The notes: generated by a model not told the origin, from the sequence alone. Shown: positions 45,182 to 59,458, counted from the stretch's first letter. The stretch: DNA of 64,000 nt from Octopus vulgaris (GCA_951406725.2 OX597839.1:4960001-5024000), one strand, 5' to 3'. Numbers and translations are program-made.

Positions 45182-45369
45182 TATTATTATTATCATTATT
45201 ATTACTATTATTATCATCATCATCATCATCATTATTATTATTACTATTACTATTATTATTATTATTATTATTATTATCATTATTATCATTACTATTATTA
45301 TTCTTATTATCATCATTATTATTATTATTATTATCATTATTATTACTATTATTATCATCTTCATCATCA

Positions 45370-45429
<60 letters not shown>

Positions 45430-45460
45430 GTAGTAGTAGTAGTAGTAGTAGTGGTAGTAG
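44180..45460. repeat. Opposed (CTA)(TAA)n and (TTA)(TAG)n fields
   Basis: Direct reading. Confidence 0.85.
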
Positions 45461-46070
45461 CGCCAGAGAGTAAATGACAAAAGAAAGTTTATGATAATAA
45501 ATGGCCCTGTCTTAGAAATACAATTTTACAGTCTTTAAGTAAGAGATTAAAAACGATTTATCATAAAAGAAAGCGAAACAAAAAAATATTGTGAAGTACA
45601 AATAAAGAAGAATATATAACAATGAGCTGAAAGAAAAGGAAAAGAGCTACGCACGTACACACACGTACACACACTTTACACAGAAACACGCAGAAAAACA
45701 GATAAACATAGACATATACATACACACGTAGACATACATACTTATGTATGTGGGAGGCTGTGTGACGTTTTTCTGCGTATCCGGTGGTAATTTTCGACCA
45801 TTTTTTTGCAACCAAGAGTATTTAAAACACGGTATTACATGCTATTATTTAAAACTGTATCCATCTAAAAACTCACTCTTAAAATGATTTCTCTAAGTGA
45901 ATATATAAACACGCACACACACACACACACATAGATACACACAGTGATTACTAGTGATGGTAACGTTATGCCTCTTCACAAAGTGTTACTCAGTTTCTTG
46001 TTTCCGTTCGCTCATGTATATATACATATTGATATGTGTAGTTGTATATGTGTAAATATATGTGCGTATG

Positions 46071-46139
<69 letters not shown>

Positions 46140-46143
<4 letters not shown>

Positions 46144-46348
46144 AGCTTTATGAAAATAGACAAAAGACGAAGGCAGGTGGAAAACAAACAAACAATTGTA
46201 TTAGTATGGCGCTCAGGAAATATAAATAAAACAAGTCTTTAACGTTTCGAGCCTACGCTCTTCAACAGAAAGATACACAGAGAGAAAAAAAACACAGAAA
46301 GAAGGAGAGAAAAAAAATGCGTGCAGTAACTAACGAATCAACATGGCG
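46140..46348 (-). mobile_element. Family B variant; HHR at 46236-46273
   Basis: Minus strand UCUUU-CUGUUGAA-GAGC guag GCUC-GAAAC-GUU-AAAGA. Confidence 0.75.
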
Positions 46349-46446
46349 ATATATATATATATATGGATATAATAACAATGGGAAACCACGCTGGTATGTC
46401 TTTAATTAAATAGGTAACAAAGAAGTAAGAAGCAGAGATGATGGTG

Positions 46447-46497
46447 GCATTTACGATCGTTTCGATTTTCTGGAGTAAGTAAATCTCTTCAGAATGC
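46447..46497 (-). ncRNA. Type I HHR, fully canonical
   Basis: Minus strand GCAUU-CUGAAGA-GAUUU..AAAUC-GAAAC-GAUC-GUA-AAUGC, within a TA-flanked island (46364-46690). Confidence 0.88.
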
Positions 46498-47321
46498 GAG
46501 TATAGATAGATGCATCGGTTAGGATGCGAAAATAATTGGACATATTTTGGTGGTAATGTAAACTGAGTGGTAATTCTTACATTAAATTTTGTTCTTGCAC
46601 TGGTAAATTCGCTTGTGGTAGATTGGTTGGTTTCATTGGGTAATTAGGGCGGGGTGAGTATTATTTAGGTGCGGGCTACCTCTGTTAATTATATATATAT
46701 ATAATGTCTACGGATCTATCTATCTATCTACACACACGTGCACCCACACACACACTCACATTTATATACCATGGGTATTTGAGCCTTAACAACTGTTTGA
46801 TGACAGAAGACACGTTGCATGGATCTTTGTTTCGACGACATGAAATTATTACTAGCTCATATTTAGAGTCTGTGTAATAAACAAAGCACACTCACACACA
46901 TACACACGCATACATGCACATACACGTGGACACACACATACACAGGCCAGCACGCGAGTACACACACACACACACACTCGAAATCCCATCCTAGATCCAT
47001 TCACAAAATCCGTCTCTGCGCAAAAGCTTGACTATCAGACGCCCAAAGCGCTTCAACTATCTATTTCTCTCTCTCTTTGTCTCCCTCTCTCTGTGCCTTT
47101 CTCGCTTTCATGCGTACATATACACTCACATAGACACGTACACACACACGAACGCACAGCTTGATACTAAACATTAATAATTCAAACAAACTGATAATGT
47201 AGTATAGCTAAGGTCGCAAGCAGATTGACCTGCCTAATCTGACGGCCATCTTGTGTACAAATTGCGACGTAGACTGAGATAATAACACATCACTTGCTTG
47301 TCACAATCGCGTGGAACGTCT

Positions 47322-47387
<66 letters not shown>

Positions 47388-47448
47388 CCACACATACTCA
47401 AACACATCATCATATACATATACATACACATGTAGATATACATTCATA

Positions 47449-47515
<67 letters not shown>

Positions 47516-47631
47516 ATAGGTATATATGTATATATCTATATCTAATGTATATACATACAGGTAGATAGATAGATATAGAGATATAAATATCTATCTATCT
47601 ATACATTTAAGTAAATACATATGTATAGAAA

Positions 47632-47675
<44 letters not shown>

Positions 47676-47938
47676 GAATATAATTTTATATACATATAGT
47701 TGTATGTATATATATATGTGTGTGTGTGTATATGTATGTGTGTATATATATGTATATAATATATAATAACATATATATATACATACACATTTACATATAA
47801 GTACATATGTATATGCATATACACACACACATATATATACATATATATGTATATACACATATACATTTATATATATAACATACATATATATATGTGTGTA
47901 TACAAGCACATACACTCATACATATATACATACATACA

Positions 47939-47973
<35 letters not shown>

Positions 47974-48204
47974 GTGTATGCATGTATATAAGGATATATA
48001 TATATTTATATATATATGACAGTGGGAGAGAGTCTTGCAACACAGTGATAGAGGGTTAATATTTTGGCGAGAGTCAAACGAGACTAGTAAAAAGGTAGAA
48101 TTTTGCAACTATAATCTCATATCAAGCATATTGATGCGTGTATATGTGTGTGTGTGTATATATGTGTCTGTGTATTCGTTCGTTAGTTTGTGTGCCTATG
48201 TAGG

Positions 48205-48330
48205 TGTATTCAAATTCCTTCGGTTGAATTTCATCCTTTCTGGGTCTATAAATTAAGTACCAGTTGCGTGCTGGGGTCGATCTTATCTACTGGTCGCCTG
48301 TCCCAATATCTCTGGCCTTGTGCTTGGTGT
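48205..48330 (+). mobile_element. Family M SINE 3' fragment
   Basis: tttcatcctttctgggtctataaattaagtaccagttgcgtgctggggtcgat. Confidence 0.7.
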
Positions 48331-48375
48331 GGAAAAAATATACATATTTTGAGGTAGACAGACAGACACATACGT

Positions 48376-48437
<62 letters not shown>

Positions 48438-48583
48438 ATAATAGATGACATTTACGTCCATATTTTTACGTCCATATTTTCCTTGCACACATATGTATAC
48501 ATATGTTTATATAAAGCTTACTTACGTATGCACGTTTAACACACACACACATACACACGCACACACACATATATACACAGCAT

Positions 48584-48638
<55 letters not shown>

Positions 48639-48668
48639 TATATACTGATATAGTTAAATAAGTATATG

Positions 48669-48718
<50 letters not shown>

Positions 48719-48792
48719 GATTTATATATACGTGAGTGTGTCTTAGGTCCTCTTTATACACACACACACACACTCACATACATATATATATA

Positions 48793-48868
<76 letters not shown>

Positions 48869-48884
48869 TATATTATATATATAT

Positions 48885-48951
<67 letters not shown>

Positions 48952-49798
48952 TAGATATATAGATATAGATATATATATATATATGACGTATGTTTACTTG
49001 TATAGATACATAAATATATTCATAGCATAGATACATAAATATATTCATACATTTTTCTATAAAGAAACGTACACACGCGCGGATATAGATATATGTTTAT
49101 ATACATGCACACATACCTACTTAAGACCTTGCAGATACGCACATACTCACACGTAATTTTACACACATACACACATACATAAACGACTGTGTTTGTGTCT
49201 TCGCGCCTGTGTGTGTCCGTGAGTGTATATAAGGCAGTGGTGGGTGTATTAAGGCAGGAAGCGATGGTGTAGGTAAGGTTAGTGGACCGAAATGATTTAG
49301 TCTATATTTAGGGACTGTCTAACTGACAAGGCACGTTTTTATATAATATATATTAGACATGATTAGTGAGATGTTGTTACAAATACGGTGTGTATGGATC
49401 AGTTGAATGTATCGCTGTCAAACGGCAGGACGAAGATAGTGAAAGCGAGATATAGATAGTTGAGCGAGGAAGTAAGGGAGAGAGTGAAACAGAGAGAAGA
49501 CAGATATTGACAGAGGTGAGAGGAATAAAGTCTGCTAAAACAGTAGCGATAATGTAGACGAGAAACGGAAAGAGATAATGAGATAGCAGGAGGAGAGAGA
49601 GAATTAGATAGGTAGGTGGGTAGAGAGAAGGAGAGAGAGAGACGGCGGAGGGTGGGGGGCACAGACAGACATATGTGTGGCGTTGTGTAGCTAACATTTC
49701 AGAGATAGTGTAGTGAGATAGTATAGTTGTGTGACTATAATTGAGGCATGAAGACCAGAAACATCTATCTATTTGTTTGCCATACCTATTCTAAACTC

Positions 49799-49851
<53 letters not shown>

Positions 49852-50017
49852 ATATGCACACACATAAACATATATATATATATGTGTGGGTGTGTATGTA
49901 TATATGTATATATATATATTCATATCTATATTTATATCTATCTATTTATCTATATACACATACCTATATGTATATGCATATATAGAAATAAATACATATA
50001 GATATTTACATCTCCTT

Positions 50018-50051
<34 letters not shown>

Positions 50052-50186
50052 GTATGTACGAGTATGTCTAAATATGTATATGTATAAATCTATGCATATA
50101 TATATATATATGTGAGTGTATATATGTGTACATATATATATGTATATATATATATACATATGACAGGCAGACAAACAGTTAGATAC

Positions 50187-50235
<49 letters not shown>

Positions 50236-50906
50236 CAACCAGAGTGATTTTGAAAAACTAAATAAATACAAGTAGAAGTATGGGGGACAATTTAAGAAAT
50301 GAAAATAACCGTAAAGAAAGGAACAGAGAGTCGAGGAGAGAGGGTTAGACAGAGATACTAACTGGGGACATGAAGAGTGAGCCACTGAGAGGAAAATGCA
50401 TGAGCAGGCACACACACATACAGATTTATATATACATATATATATATATATACACGTATATATATGTTCATATATGTATACACAATTCCAAAGACATATA
50501 CAGATATTTGTGCCCAAATAGAGGGAAGAAGGTATAGGAGAAAGAGAGAGACAGAGAGACTGTAAAAGAACAGTGAGATATATTGTTCTTTATTTTAATA
50601 TTTGTATGTCTCATGTTGAACAACAAAAACACCTTGAGTAGAACTAGCTACAACAGCAATAAAAACTTCAACTACGATATCAAGAAGAACAACAACAAGG
50701 AATAGAGGACAATGATATGTAATTACGGGAAGTTATTGCCAAGAAAGGGAAAAAAAAAACGAAAATTGCTCAAAGCGTTCAGAGCCTTTGGTAAATATAT
50801 TGGTTTATCTTCAGTAGGTGACAAGGGATCACACAATATCTATATTATATGTACATAAATATTGTCACATACATACGAACATACATCCATGCATACACAC
50901 AGACAC

Positions 50907-50955
<49 letters not shown>

Positions 50956-51115
50956 TATATATATATGTGTGTATATGTATTTATGTATATATACATATAC
51001 TTATGTATATATACATATATATATATATATTCGTATGTATATATATATAAATATATATATATATATAAGTATGTATATGTATATGTATTTATGTATATAC
51101 GTATGTATATATATA

Positions 51116-51203
<88 letters not shown>

Positions 51204-51268
51204 CGTATGTATATATATATATATTATTTATGTATTTATGTATACGTATATATATTTTTATATATTCG

Positions 51269-51331
<63 letters not shown>

Positions 51332-52611
51332 GGATATATACATTTGTGTGCATGTATATATCACATTGAGGCATTTACTCGATCAATCTACCCCAGTAAT
51401 ATTCTTGAGTACTGATACGTAGCTTATTGATCCATTGTCACGAACTGTTGAGGTCAAAGCGTAAGGTAAACATCATTTCAAGCTGTCAAGCGGGGGATAG
51501 TTGAACACTAACATGAATATGCAAGTACGCATGTGCACACATGCACACTCACACACACCATTTTATTCCGATATAACCAACACGTACATACGGATCGAAG
51601 GAGAGAGATATCCACATATACATCTGAATTTCTTTGAAATCTTGAAACCATGGAACTGACCATGTCTCTGCAACCTAAAATAATGTAGTCAGAGTAATTC
51701 TAAACACTAACAAAGCTTGGGATTTTAGATGATATAGAAGTATTCGAAAACATTGAACGAGCTAACGAAGTCATAGAGATATGAGATATCTTCTCCCTGT
51801 CACCACCATAAGTAATTTCATTTTTAACGTCTTCTATCCGTCTGGAGAATCAACTCAATTATATAAACATATAACTGGCTTAGAAGACTTAAAATTTCTA
51901 AACTTCTCCACTAGCAAGTTAGGACTAATATAACGCGATTACTGAGGCCTTTCTTTTTTAGCCAAAGCACTTGCAGATATTTCTCAATGTTTGCCTATAT
52001 ATCAGTGTTATCTATCAGTGTTTACCTATATAGTTTGCCTATCAGTGTTCGCCTATATATAATAAAACTTTATATATAAAGAACGTGAAATACACGAATT
52101 GACGAACACGGAAAACAGACAGTCATTCAGAGCATTCATTCTTCAGTCAGAAACCGATTCATCATGGCAAATTTCGGCTGTTTAATTCTAAGATTTGCTC
52201 CAAAACGGCCGGCCCCCAAGGAAAAGCTAAGCTATGGGCATTAGATTTCCTTGGTAGAAGGAAAGAATGTGACAACAGAGACGAATAGGAAAACAAGAGA
52301 CGAAGATAAAATTGGAAACAGTAACGAATAAAAACAGGAATGACAAAATGGGACAAAAACAATTGATCAGCAGCGTGGAAAGCGATTACCTTTTCGGTAG
52401 AGATGACACGTGTAGTACAGGCGGCTGTCGCCAATGGAATGGCTTAGTAGCAGCAGGTTGCAAGAAGGTGAGAGAGAAAGAGAGACAGAGAGAGAGGGGA
52501 TTAAGGAGGGCCGAGAACAGAAGCAATGACCAAGAGAGAGAGAAAGAAAGAATTAAAGAGGATGAGAGGAAGAGGCGAGTTCGCCTATATATAGATGTAT
52601 ATATAGTCAGA

Positions 52612-52821
52612 CGCCATGATAGATCGTTAGCCACTACACACATTTTTTTCTCTCTTTTTTTCTCTCTCCTTATTTCTCTCCTTGTTTATTCCGTGTCCCT
52701 TTCTGTATAAGAGCGTAGGCTCGAAACGTAAAAGACTTTTTATATTCCTGAGCGTTATACTAATACATCTGTTTGTTTTGTAAACCTGTCTTCGCTTTTG
52801 CTTTTTTCGTAAACTCTCCCT
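52612..52821 (+). mobile_element. Family B HHR element; HHR at 52699-52734
   Basis: CUUU-CUGUAUAA-GAGC guag GCUC-GAAAC-GUA-AAAG. Confidence 0.75.
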
Positions 52822-53118
52822 ATATATATAGATGTAACTATTTACAGATATGCTTTCGAGATATGTACCTGAGTGTCATTCTTGTAAACAAATGTATGTG
52901 TTTTATTACTCTTTATAGTTTAGAGTTTGTGACGTTATGCACACGCAATAGTGTGACTAAATTCTTTTCAAGAAATTCAAATAGAGAATTGATGGATAAT
53001 TTGGATTTACGTTTGACGGTATATGAAATACTTTGTGCGTTCAAGTTTATCGTTATCTAATGTGAAGCAATCATCTGATGATAAACTTGTCTAATTTCTA
53101 AAATATCCATGACATATG

Positions 53119-53628
53119 TGACCTCCTTCGGTCATGAATGACCATGGAATTGCACCTGGAAAGTTACCCTCCGAGGTACAAGTCTGGGCAAGGTTGTTTA
53201 TGGAAGACCAGCAGTCGCCCACGCATACCAGCCTCTCCTCTCCACACCACCAATGTTATCCAAGGGAAAGGCAAAGGCCAATACAGCTTGGCACCAGTGA
53301 CGTCGCAGCTCATTTATTAAAGTGCAAGTGGCTGAGCACCCCACAGACACGTGTACCCTTAACGTAGTTCTCGGGGAGATTCAGCGTGACACAGAGTGTG
53401 ACAAGGCTGGCCCTTTGAAATACAGGTACAACAGAAACAGGAAGAAAGAGTGAGAGAAAGTTTTGGTGAAAGAGTACAGCAGGGTTCACTACCACCTACT
53501 GTCGGAGCCTCGTGGAGCTTTAGGTGTTTTCGCTCAATAAACACTCACAACATCTTGTCTGGGAATCGAAACCGCGATCCTACGACCGCGAGTTCGCTGC
53601 CCCAACCACTGGGCCATGGCGCCTCCAC
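53119..53628 (-). mobile_element. Composite SINE: family R head, family V body, distinct tail
   Basis: 53445-53628 matches family R; 53320-53430 matches 6305-6412. Confidence 0.8.
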
Positions 53629-53923
53629 TATCCATGACATATATGAGTTATTATTCTGTAGATACTCCAGTATTGCGTTTAACGAATTATTTCCCTTTGG
53701 AAAGAGTTATGTTGGAGATCTTAACAAATATATGGAGAAAGAACGATTCATGAGAAACATATATTGCTTTATCGAAATTAACAGAGAAGTGAACGATTTG
53801 AAGAGAAAAGAGTTGGAGTGAAATCAAAGTGAAATTAAAGTGAAATCAAAAAGTACCACAAAAGTCGACACGAATGTTTCTGATACATGTTTACATACAA
53901 AGCCAAGCGGATTTGTAAAAAAA

Positions 53924-54298
53924 CTAGCAGTATCGCCCGGCGTTGCTCGGATTTGTAAGGGAAATAACTATAAAGCATTTTTAGAGAGTTATAGCCAAAA
54001 AATAGCAAAAAAATGGGAAAAAAATGATGGTAATTTTTTTTTTTGGAGAGTTAAAAAGGTGGAGTTGCGTCCCCTAGACAGTCTGTGGTTTGTGTTTCTG
54101 ATTCTCGATCCCATGTCGAATTTATCGATTTTTTTCAAAACTGGGGGAACTTTTCAAAATTTTCGCTGCGTTAGTTTTGAATTATGACATTGGGCTATGT
54201 GTGTGTCAAGTTTCATCAGAATCGGTTGAAAGCCGTGGTCAGGGTGAGGGTACAACCTAACAGACACACAGACAAACTGCCGTTTATATAGAGAGAGA
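53924..54298 (-). mobile_element. Non-autonomous Helitron
   Basis: Minus strand A|TC 5' end, subterminal hairpin ccgagcaacgccgg, CTAG|T 3' end, no TSD. Confidence 0.85.
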
Positions 54299-54551
54299 TA
54301 TATAGGGAAACGAAAATTTTAAAGTATCAGAGACTTTATAAGCATAAAGTATAGTGACATCAGATGTGTGTATTTGAATTTCATGTGAGATATTTATGCA
54401 TGTTTATGCGTATATTAAAGCTGAGTGAGGGATGGGATTGTGAGAGTGACTCTTCTCGAAAAACAGTTAACTATTCATTCAGATGATAGAATGCTTTTCC
54501 AGCGATTCATAAGTTGCTTTGGACTCAGAACGTAACCGCAGACGAAATACC

Positions 54552-54788
54552 TATTTCTTTATTACCCACAAGGGGCTAAACACAGAGGGAACAAACAAGG
54601 ACAGACAGACATAGGTATTAAGTCGATTACATCGACCCCAGTGCGTAACTGGTACTTATTTAATCGACCCCGAAAGGATGAAAGGCAAAGTCGACCTCGG
54701 CGGAATTTGAACTCAGAACGTAAAGGCAGACGAAATACCGCTAAGCATTTCACCCGGCGTGCTAACGTTTCTACCAGCTCGCCGCCTT
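54552..54788 (-). mobile_element. Family M SINE, full length
   Basis: Reverse complement of 15271-15495. Confidence 0.88.
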
Positions 54789-54874
54789 ATTACGATAACT
54801 ATATCGTTGCCATGTGTATTGTTATATATTTTAGTGAATTCTATGTCGTTGATGTGTTGTGTCTTAGTTGTTAG

Positions 54875-55528
54875 CTGACGATCGTTAGGTCATGAGTTCG
54901 ATTCCAGGCGGCGCGTTGTGTCCTTCACTAAGGCCCTTTATTTCACCTTACTCCAGTTCACTTAGCTGGCAAAAAGTGTAGTATGTGTATTTCAAAGGGC
55001 CAGCCTTGTCATATTCTGTGTTACACTGAACCTCGGTTAGAACTAAGTAAATGATACGCGTGTCTGTGGAGCGCTCAGCCACATGTACGTGCAGGTTGTT
55101 CTGTTGATCAGCTCACTTGTACTTGTACTTGTGGCGACATTCACCTTGGGCGGGTTGAGTCGGCTTCTTCTACAACCTTCGAGGCATCTCGAACCATGCT
55201 AGCCCACGCACGACGGTCCTGCGCCAGTTCACTGGAGATAGCGAGCCTGTCACGGCTCCGTCAGCGCAGGCCGACGACCTGCGGTCCCGTGAGCACGGAT
55301 AGGTCCTCCTTGATCGTCGTAACCCAGGTCTTCAGCTGCCCGCCCGCGCGTTTCCGCCAGTTGGGAAGTGGAGTTGGGAGAAGGACGTCACGGATCAGTT
55401 CACCCACCGGACGCCTACATGCATGGCCAAAGCACCGCAAGCGCCGTTGCAGAAGGACAGATGGAAGGGGCCGCAGAGACAGCTTGACTGGAATTCTCGT
55501 CGTCGCAACCGACGGAGTGCCAGAGAAG
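54875..55528 (+). mobile_element. Family V SINE interrupted by an RTE fragment
   Basis: SINE body runs to about 55113; tail ctcgtcgtcgcaaccgacggagt resumes near 55485. Confidence 0.72.
55114..55479 (-). mobile_element. 5'-truncated RTE-clade LINE 3' end
   Basis: LQRRLRCFGHACRRP..WRKRAGGQLKTWVTTIKEDL; (ACAAGT)n tail; possible cagct TSD. Confidence 0.85.
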
Positions 55529-56056
55529 TGAAATTCGACAATATCAGATTGGGTATACTTCACGTAACTTCTAAGTCAGTTAATGTCTGTACTGCTATTA
55601 ATTCAATGGTTAGATGTTTAGTTGTGTGGTTTCTAATCTTCCTGATAATGTCACTTCCAAATTTGCTACTAATTAATCCGATGTCTACCTTACTAGTATT
55701 TATGATGGATACCTCACGCTTGGATAATCAGTCTAATTTATGAGTTAATTTAGTTCGTATGCGCACGCGTGTGTGTGTCTGTGTGAGTGTATGTCCGTGT
55801 CTGTGCGCGTGTGCGGATGCTTGTACGTTAGTATATTAATCGGGTTTGATAGAATCTGTGAAGCGTCACAAGAAAATATAGATTGTAAACTTTCCGTCCG
55901 TTTGCGCCAGTTCTACTCTGTTATTCCACAATCAGAGATCGATAAATATATTCCAGACAGAGTACGGAGATCATTCTAATCGACTAAAAGCGATTGAACG
56001 CGGTGCTCCAGCAAAAAAGGCCACTCAATGAAAATCACTGATAATATATTAACTGA

Positions 56057-56119
<63 letters not shown>

Positions 56120-56198
56120 TATACATAATATCTTCAGTTAATACATTATTGTTATTATATATATATATATGCATGTGTGTATTTATATATATATATAT

Positions 56199-56477
56199 CG
56201 GTCACGTGATCACGTGACCGACCAGACCATCAGATGTTGTTACACATCGTTGGTCACAATGCGTTCGCATTGTTTTAGCCTTCGAATGACGCCACCCCGC
56301 TGGCTAAGCGAGCAGGCCAACAGAAGAAAGAGTGAGAGAAAGTGTGGTGAAAGAGTACAGCAGGTATCACCACCCCCTGACGGAGTTTTTTTTAGGTGCT
56401 TTCGCTCAATAGTCACACTCACAACGCCCGGTCTGGGAATCGAAACCGCGATCCTACGACCGCGAGTCCGCTGCCCT
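56199..56477 (-). mobile_element. Family R SINE
   Basis: Homologous to 23483-23770. Confidence 0.85.
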
Positions 56478-56520
<43 letters not shown>

Positions 56521-56522
<2 letters not shown>

Positions 56523-57083
56523 TCAATAAATGGTGGGGTTGTGTTGACCGCACGTGGAGAAATGATAAGCAAGGAAAAATTGTAAAAAGGCAGAATGCTA
56601 AATTTAAGGAAAATTTTAATGAAAATGGGTGTATGGAAAAGTTTTTGAAAAATTGATAAAATATATATATATTAATTCAAACCGGTTTTCGTCATAATGT
56701 GACTTTTCAAGAATTGTAAAGGAAAAAAAAAATTTTAAAGTGAGGAGGGGGGAAAAAGAAAATTACATTGTCTTTTGCAAAAAAATAAAAATAAATATAT
56801 GCAAAAATTTTAAAATAGGTACTCTCGGTGTACCTATTTTAAAATTTTTGTATATAATTATTTTTATTTTTCTGCAAAAAACAATGTAATTTTCTTTTTT
56901 CCCCCTGCTCACATTTAAAAAAATTTCTTTTCTTTACGATTCTTCAAAAGTCACATTATGACGAAAACCGGTTTGAATTAATATATATATATTTTATCAA
57001 TTTTTCAAAAACTTTTCCATACACCCATTTTCATTAAAATTTTCCTTAAATTTAGCATTCTGCCTTTTTACAATTTTTCTTTG

Positions 57084-57084
<1 letters not shown>
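56521..57084 (-). mobile_element. pLTR-like element with ~254 bp inverted arms and a degenerate HHR
   Basis: Arms 56569-56822 and 56830-57084; AUUC-UU(G/C)AAAA-GUCA cauua UGAC-GAAAACCGGUUU-GAAU. Confidence 0.72.
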
Positions 57085-57162
<78 letters not shown>

Positions 57163-57163
57163 A

Positions 57164-57569
57164 TAGTTCTAGGTGGGAATTTATAATTATCTAATACGTT
57201 GCTGCGCACGTTTCCACAAGATATGATTTTGACATCAGAGGTGGTATCCTTAGGATTAACACTACAGTCCGTATTATTCGTGGGCATCCGGTTGATCATC
57301 ATCATTCATTCATTTCATCAGGCGATACTGCATCATCGGATGAATTACAGAGGAATGTATGTTCCTTCTTTCCAGTATGGGATTCACCAAATAATGCGGT
57401 ATCGCCTGATGAAATGAACCAACGATGATGATGATCGACCGGATGCCCATGGATTATACGGACTGCACTGTGCAAATCCCAAGGATACCGACTATGTTGT
57501 CAAAATCATGTTATTTATGGAAACGTGCGTGGCAATGTATAAAAATTTATAAATTCCATCCAAGAATTA
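57164..57569. mobile_element. Old fold-back or MITE, ~190 bp imperfect arms
   Basis: catttcatcaggcgatac/gtatcgcctgatgaaatg; gggcatccgg/ccggatgccc; atgattttgaca/tgtcaaaatcat. Confidence 0.75.
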
Positions 57570-57784
57570 CAGTTATTATTATATTTATCCTACATTATAT
57601 CAGTATAACTGTGATGCAACCCCGAGAAACTGGCTCTCTGGTGAGTATCATTAGACGGGAGCCCGCATAATAAAATAAGAACCTTATTTGCATAAACGAA
57701 TTATATATATATATATATATAATTTAATAAACTCAGACAAAATTTCTTTTTAAGAAAACATACATATTCAAATAAGCAAACATA

Positions 57785-57819
57785 ATATCATGAATAGCGA
57801 TAGCGAAACCGGTCGATAT
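57785..57819 (+). ncRNA. Degenerate minimal HHR in a TA-flanked island
   Basis: AUAUC-aUGAauA-GC gaua GC-GAAAC-CG-GUC-GAUAU; core mutated. Confidence 0.5.
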
Positions 57820-57949
57820 ATTAAAAATTATATTAAAACTATGTAAGTGTGCGTATTTTCCTTCTTTAATTTCTTATATACATTACAACTCACCCCGCGG
57901 GGATAGTCGAAACTCCTCTTTTCTGTTGCTGGTATATATATATATATGC

Positions 57950-58082
57950 GTGATAACTGGTGTTGGTGAGTTTACGTCCCATAACTTAGCAGTCGGGCGA
58001 AAGGGACAAATGGAATAAGTACCAAGCTTTAAAAAAACAAAAAAATCTCAACGTGGTGTCTCAGCATGGCCGCAGTCTGATG
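57950..58082 (+). mobile_element. Family K SINE 3' half
   Basis: tgttggtgagtttacgtccc..aataagtacc..cagcatggccgcagtc. Confidence 0.65.
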
Positions 58083-58192
58083 TCTCTCTCCCCTTCTCTC
58101 CCTCTCATCTTTCTATTTGTTTGTCAGACACACACACACACACACACACACATACATACATACATACATACATACATACATACATACATACA

Positions 58193-58225
<33 letters not shown>

Positions 58226-58244
58226 GTACGTATACTAAATACAT

Positions 58245-58500
58245 GTGGCCTAGTGATTAGGATGTCACACTCCTTGATGCAAAACCGTGATTTCGATTCC
58301 CAGATCGGAGGTGCTGTCTGCTGTTGCACAAAACACTTCCTTTCACGTCACCTCAGTCCACTTGTGACGGAGTAGCGTTCGGTGCAGGGGAAAATTTGGC
58401 CCTCCCGTCTAGCAAGCGGGACGGCATCATACAAAAGCTACAACAATACAAGGAAGCGCATTGTGACCAGCGGTTTTATAACAACATCCGATAATAAGGT
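58245..58500 (+). mobile_element. Diverged tRNA SINE with a family R-like tail
   Basis: gtggcctagtg..tttcgattcccag..gaagcgcattgtgaccagcg. Confidence 0.6.
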
Positions 58501-58721
58501 TGATAGAATGATATATGTGTGTATGTGTGTGTGCGTATATGTGTGTCTGTGTGTGTATGTGTGTGTGTGCGTGTGTTTACATATACAGCGTGAAAGTCGG
58601 AGTGATTGATAGGCAGACAGACACACAGACAATGAGGGGGAAAGTGGAAAACAGAGACAGTGATAAATAGACACAAAATACAGCAATAGGAGAGAGGGAG
58701 AGATTGATAGATAGATAGATT

Positions 58722-58819
<98 letters not shown>

Positions 58820-59419
58820 GAGAGAGATTCAGTGCAATAATGGCGGAGAAAGTGAAAGTAAAAGAAAGTCTACAATATATTAAATTACATTATATGCTAT
58901 TATATTTTATTTTCGTCTTTATTATTGTTATTATTATTATTATTATTTTCGCTGCTGTCTGACATTCTTTTACCAGATCTGTCTTGTATTGGCGAACATT
59001 CCTCTTTTGGTATTTTAAATGCCCAATTCATTGAACCAATTTCTCTCTCCATTCTCTTGTAGATTTCATTTCTTCATATGTTGTTCTAATTCTTGTTATT
59101 GTCGCTGCATTTCTGTTTCTTTCCTTTTCAATTTCTTTTCTTTTTCTTTTCTTTTTTTTATTTAATTTTTATTTTTATTCTTTTATCAGTCTGTTTGTTA
59201 ATCCAAGAATTGAAAATCTTTGATTTTTCTTTTATCACAATTTCCGTTAATTTCTTGCAGATCCTCCTATTTCCTCTCACCCCTACCCATTCCTAACCTC
59301 GCCCCACACCCCACAACCCCCAACCTACCCTTGCTACTCTACTGTATTCCACACTACTCGGCAAGTCTATACATTTCTCCATTCCTACATCATCGCAACT
59401 AATGCTTGTTTTTATTAAT

Positions 59420-59423
59420 TTAC

Positions 59424-59458
<35 letters not shown>

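Noticed and set aside
51600-52000. Possible coding exon
   Set aside because: Stop codons in the frames examined and no family motif
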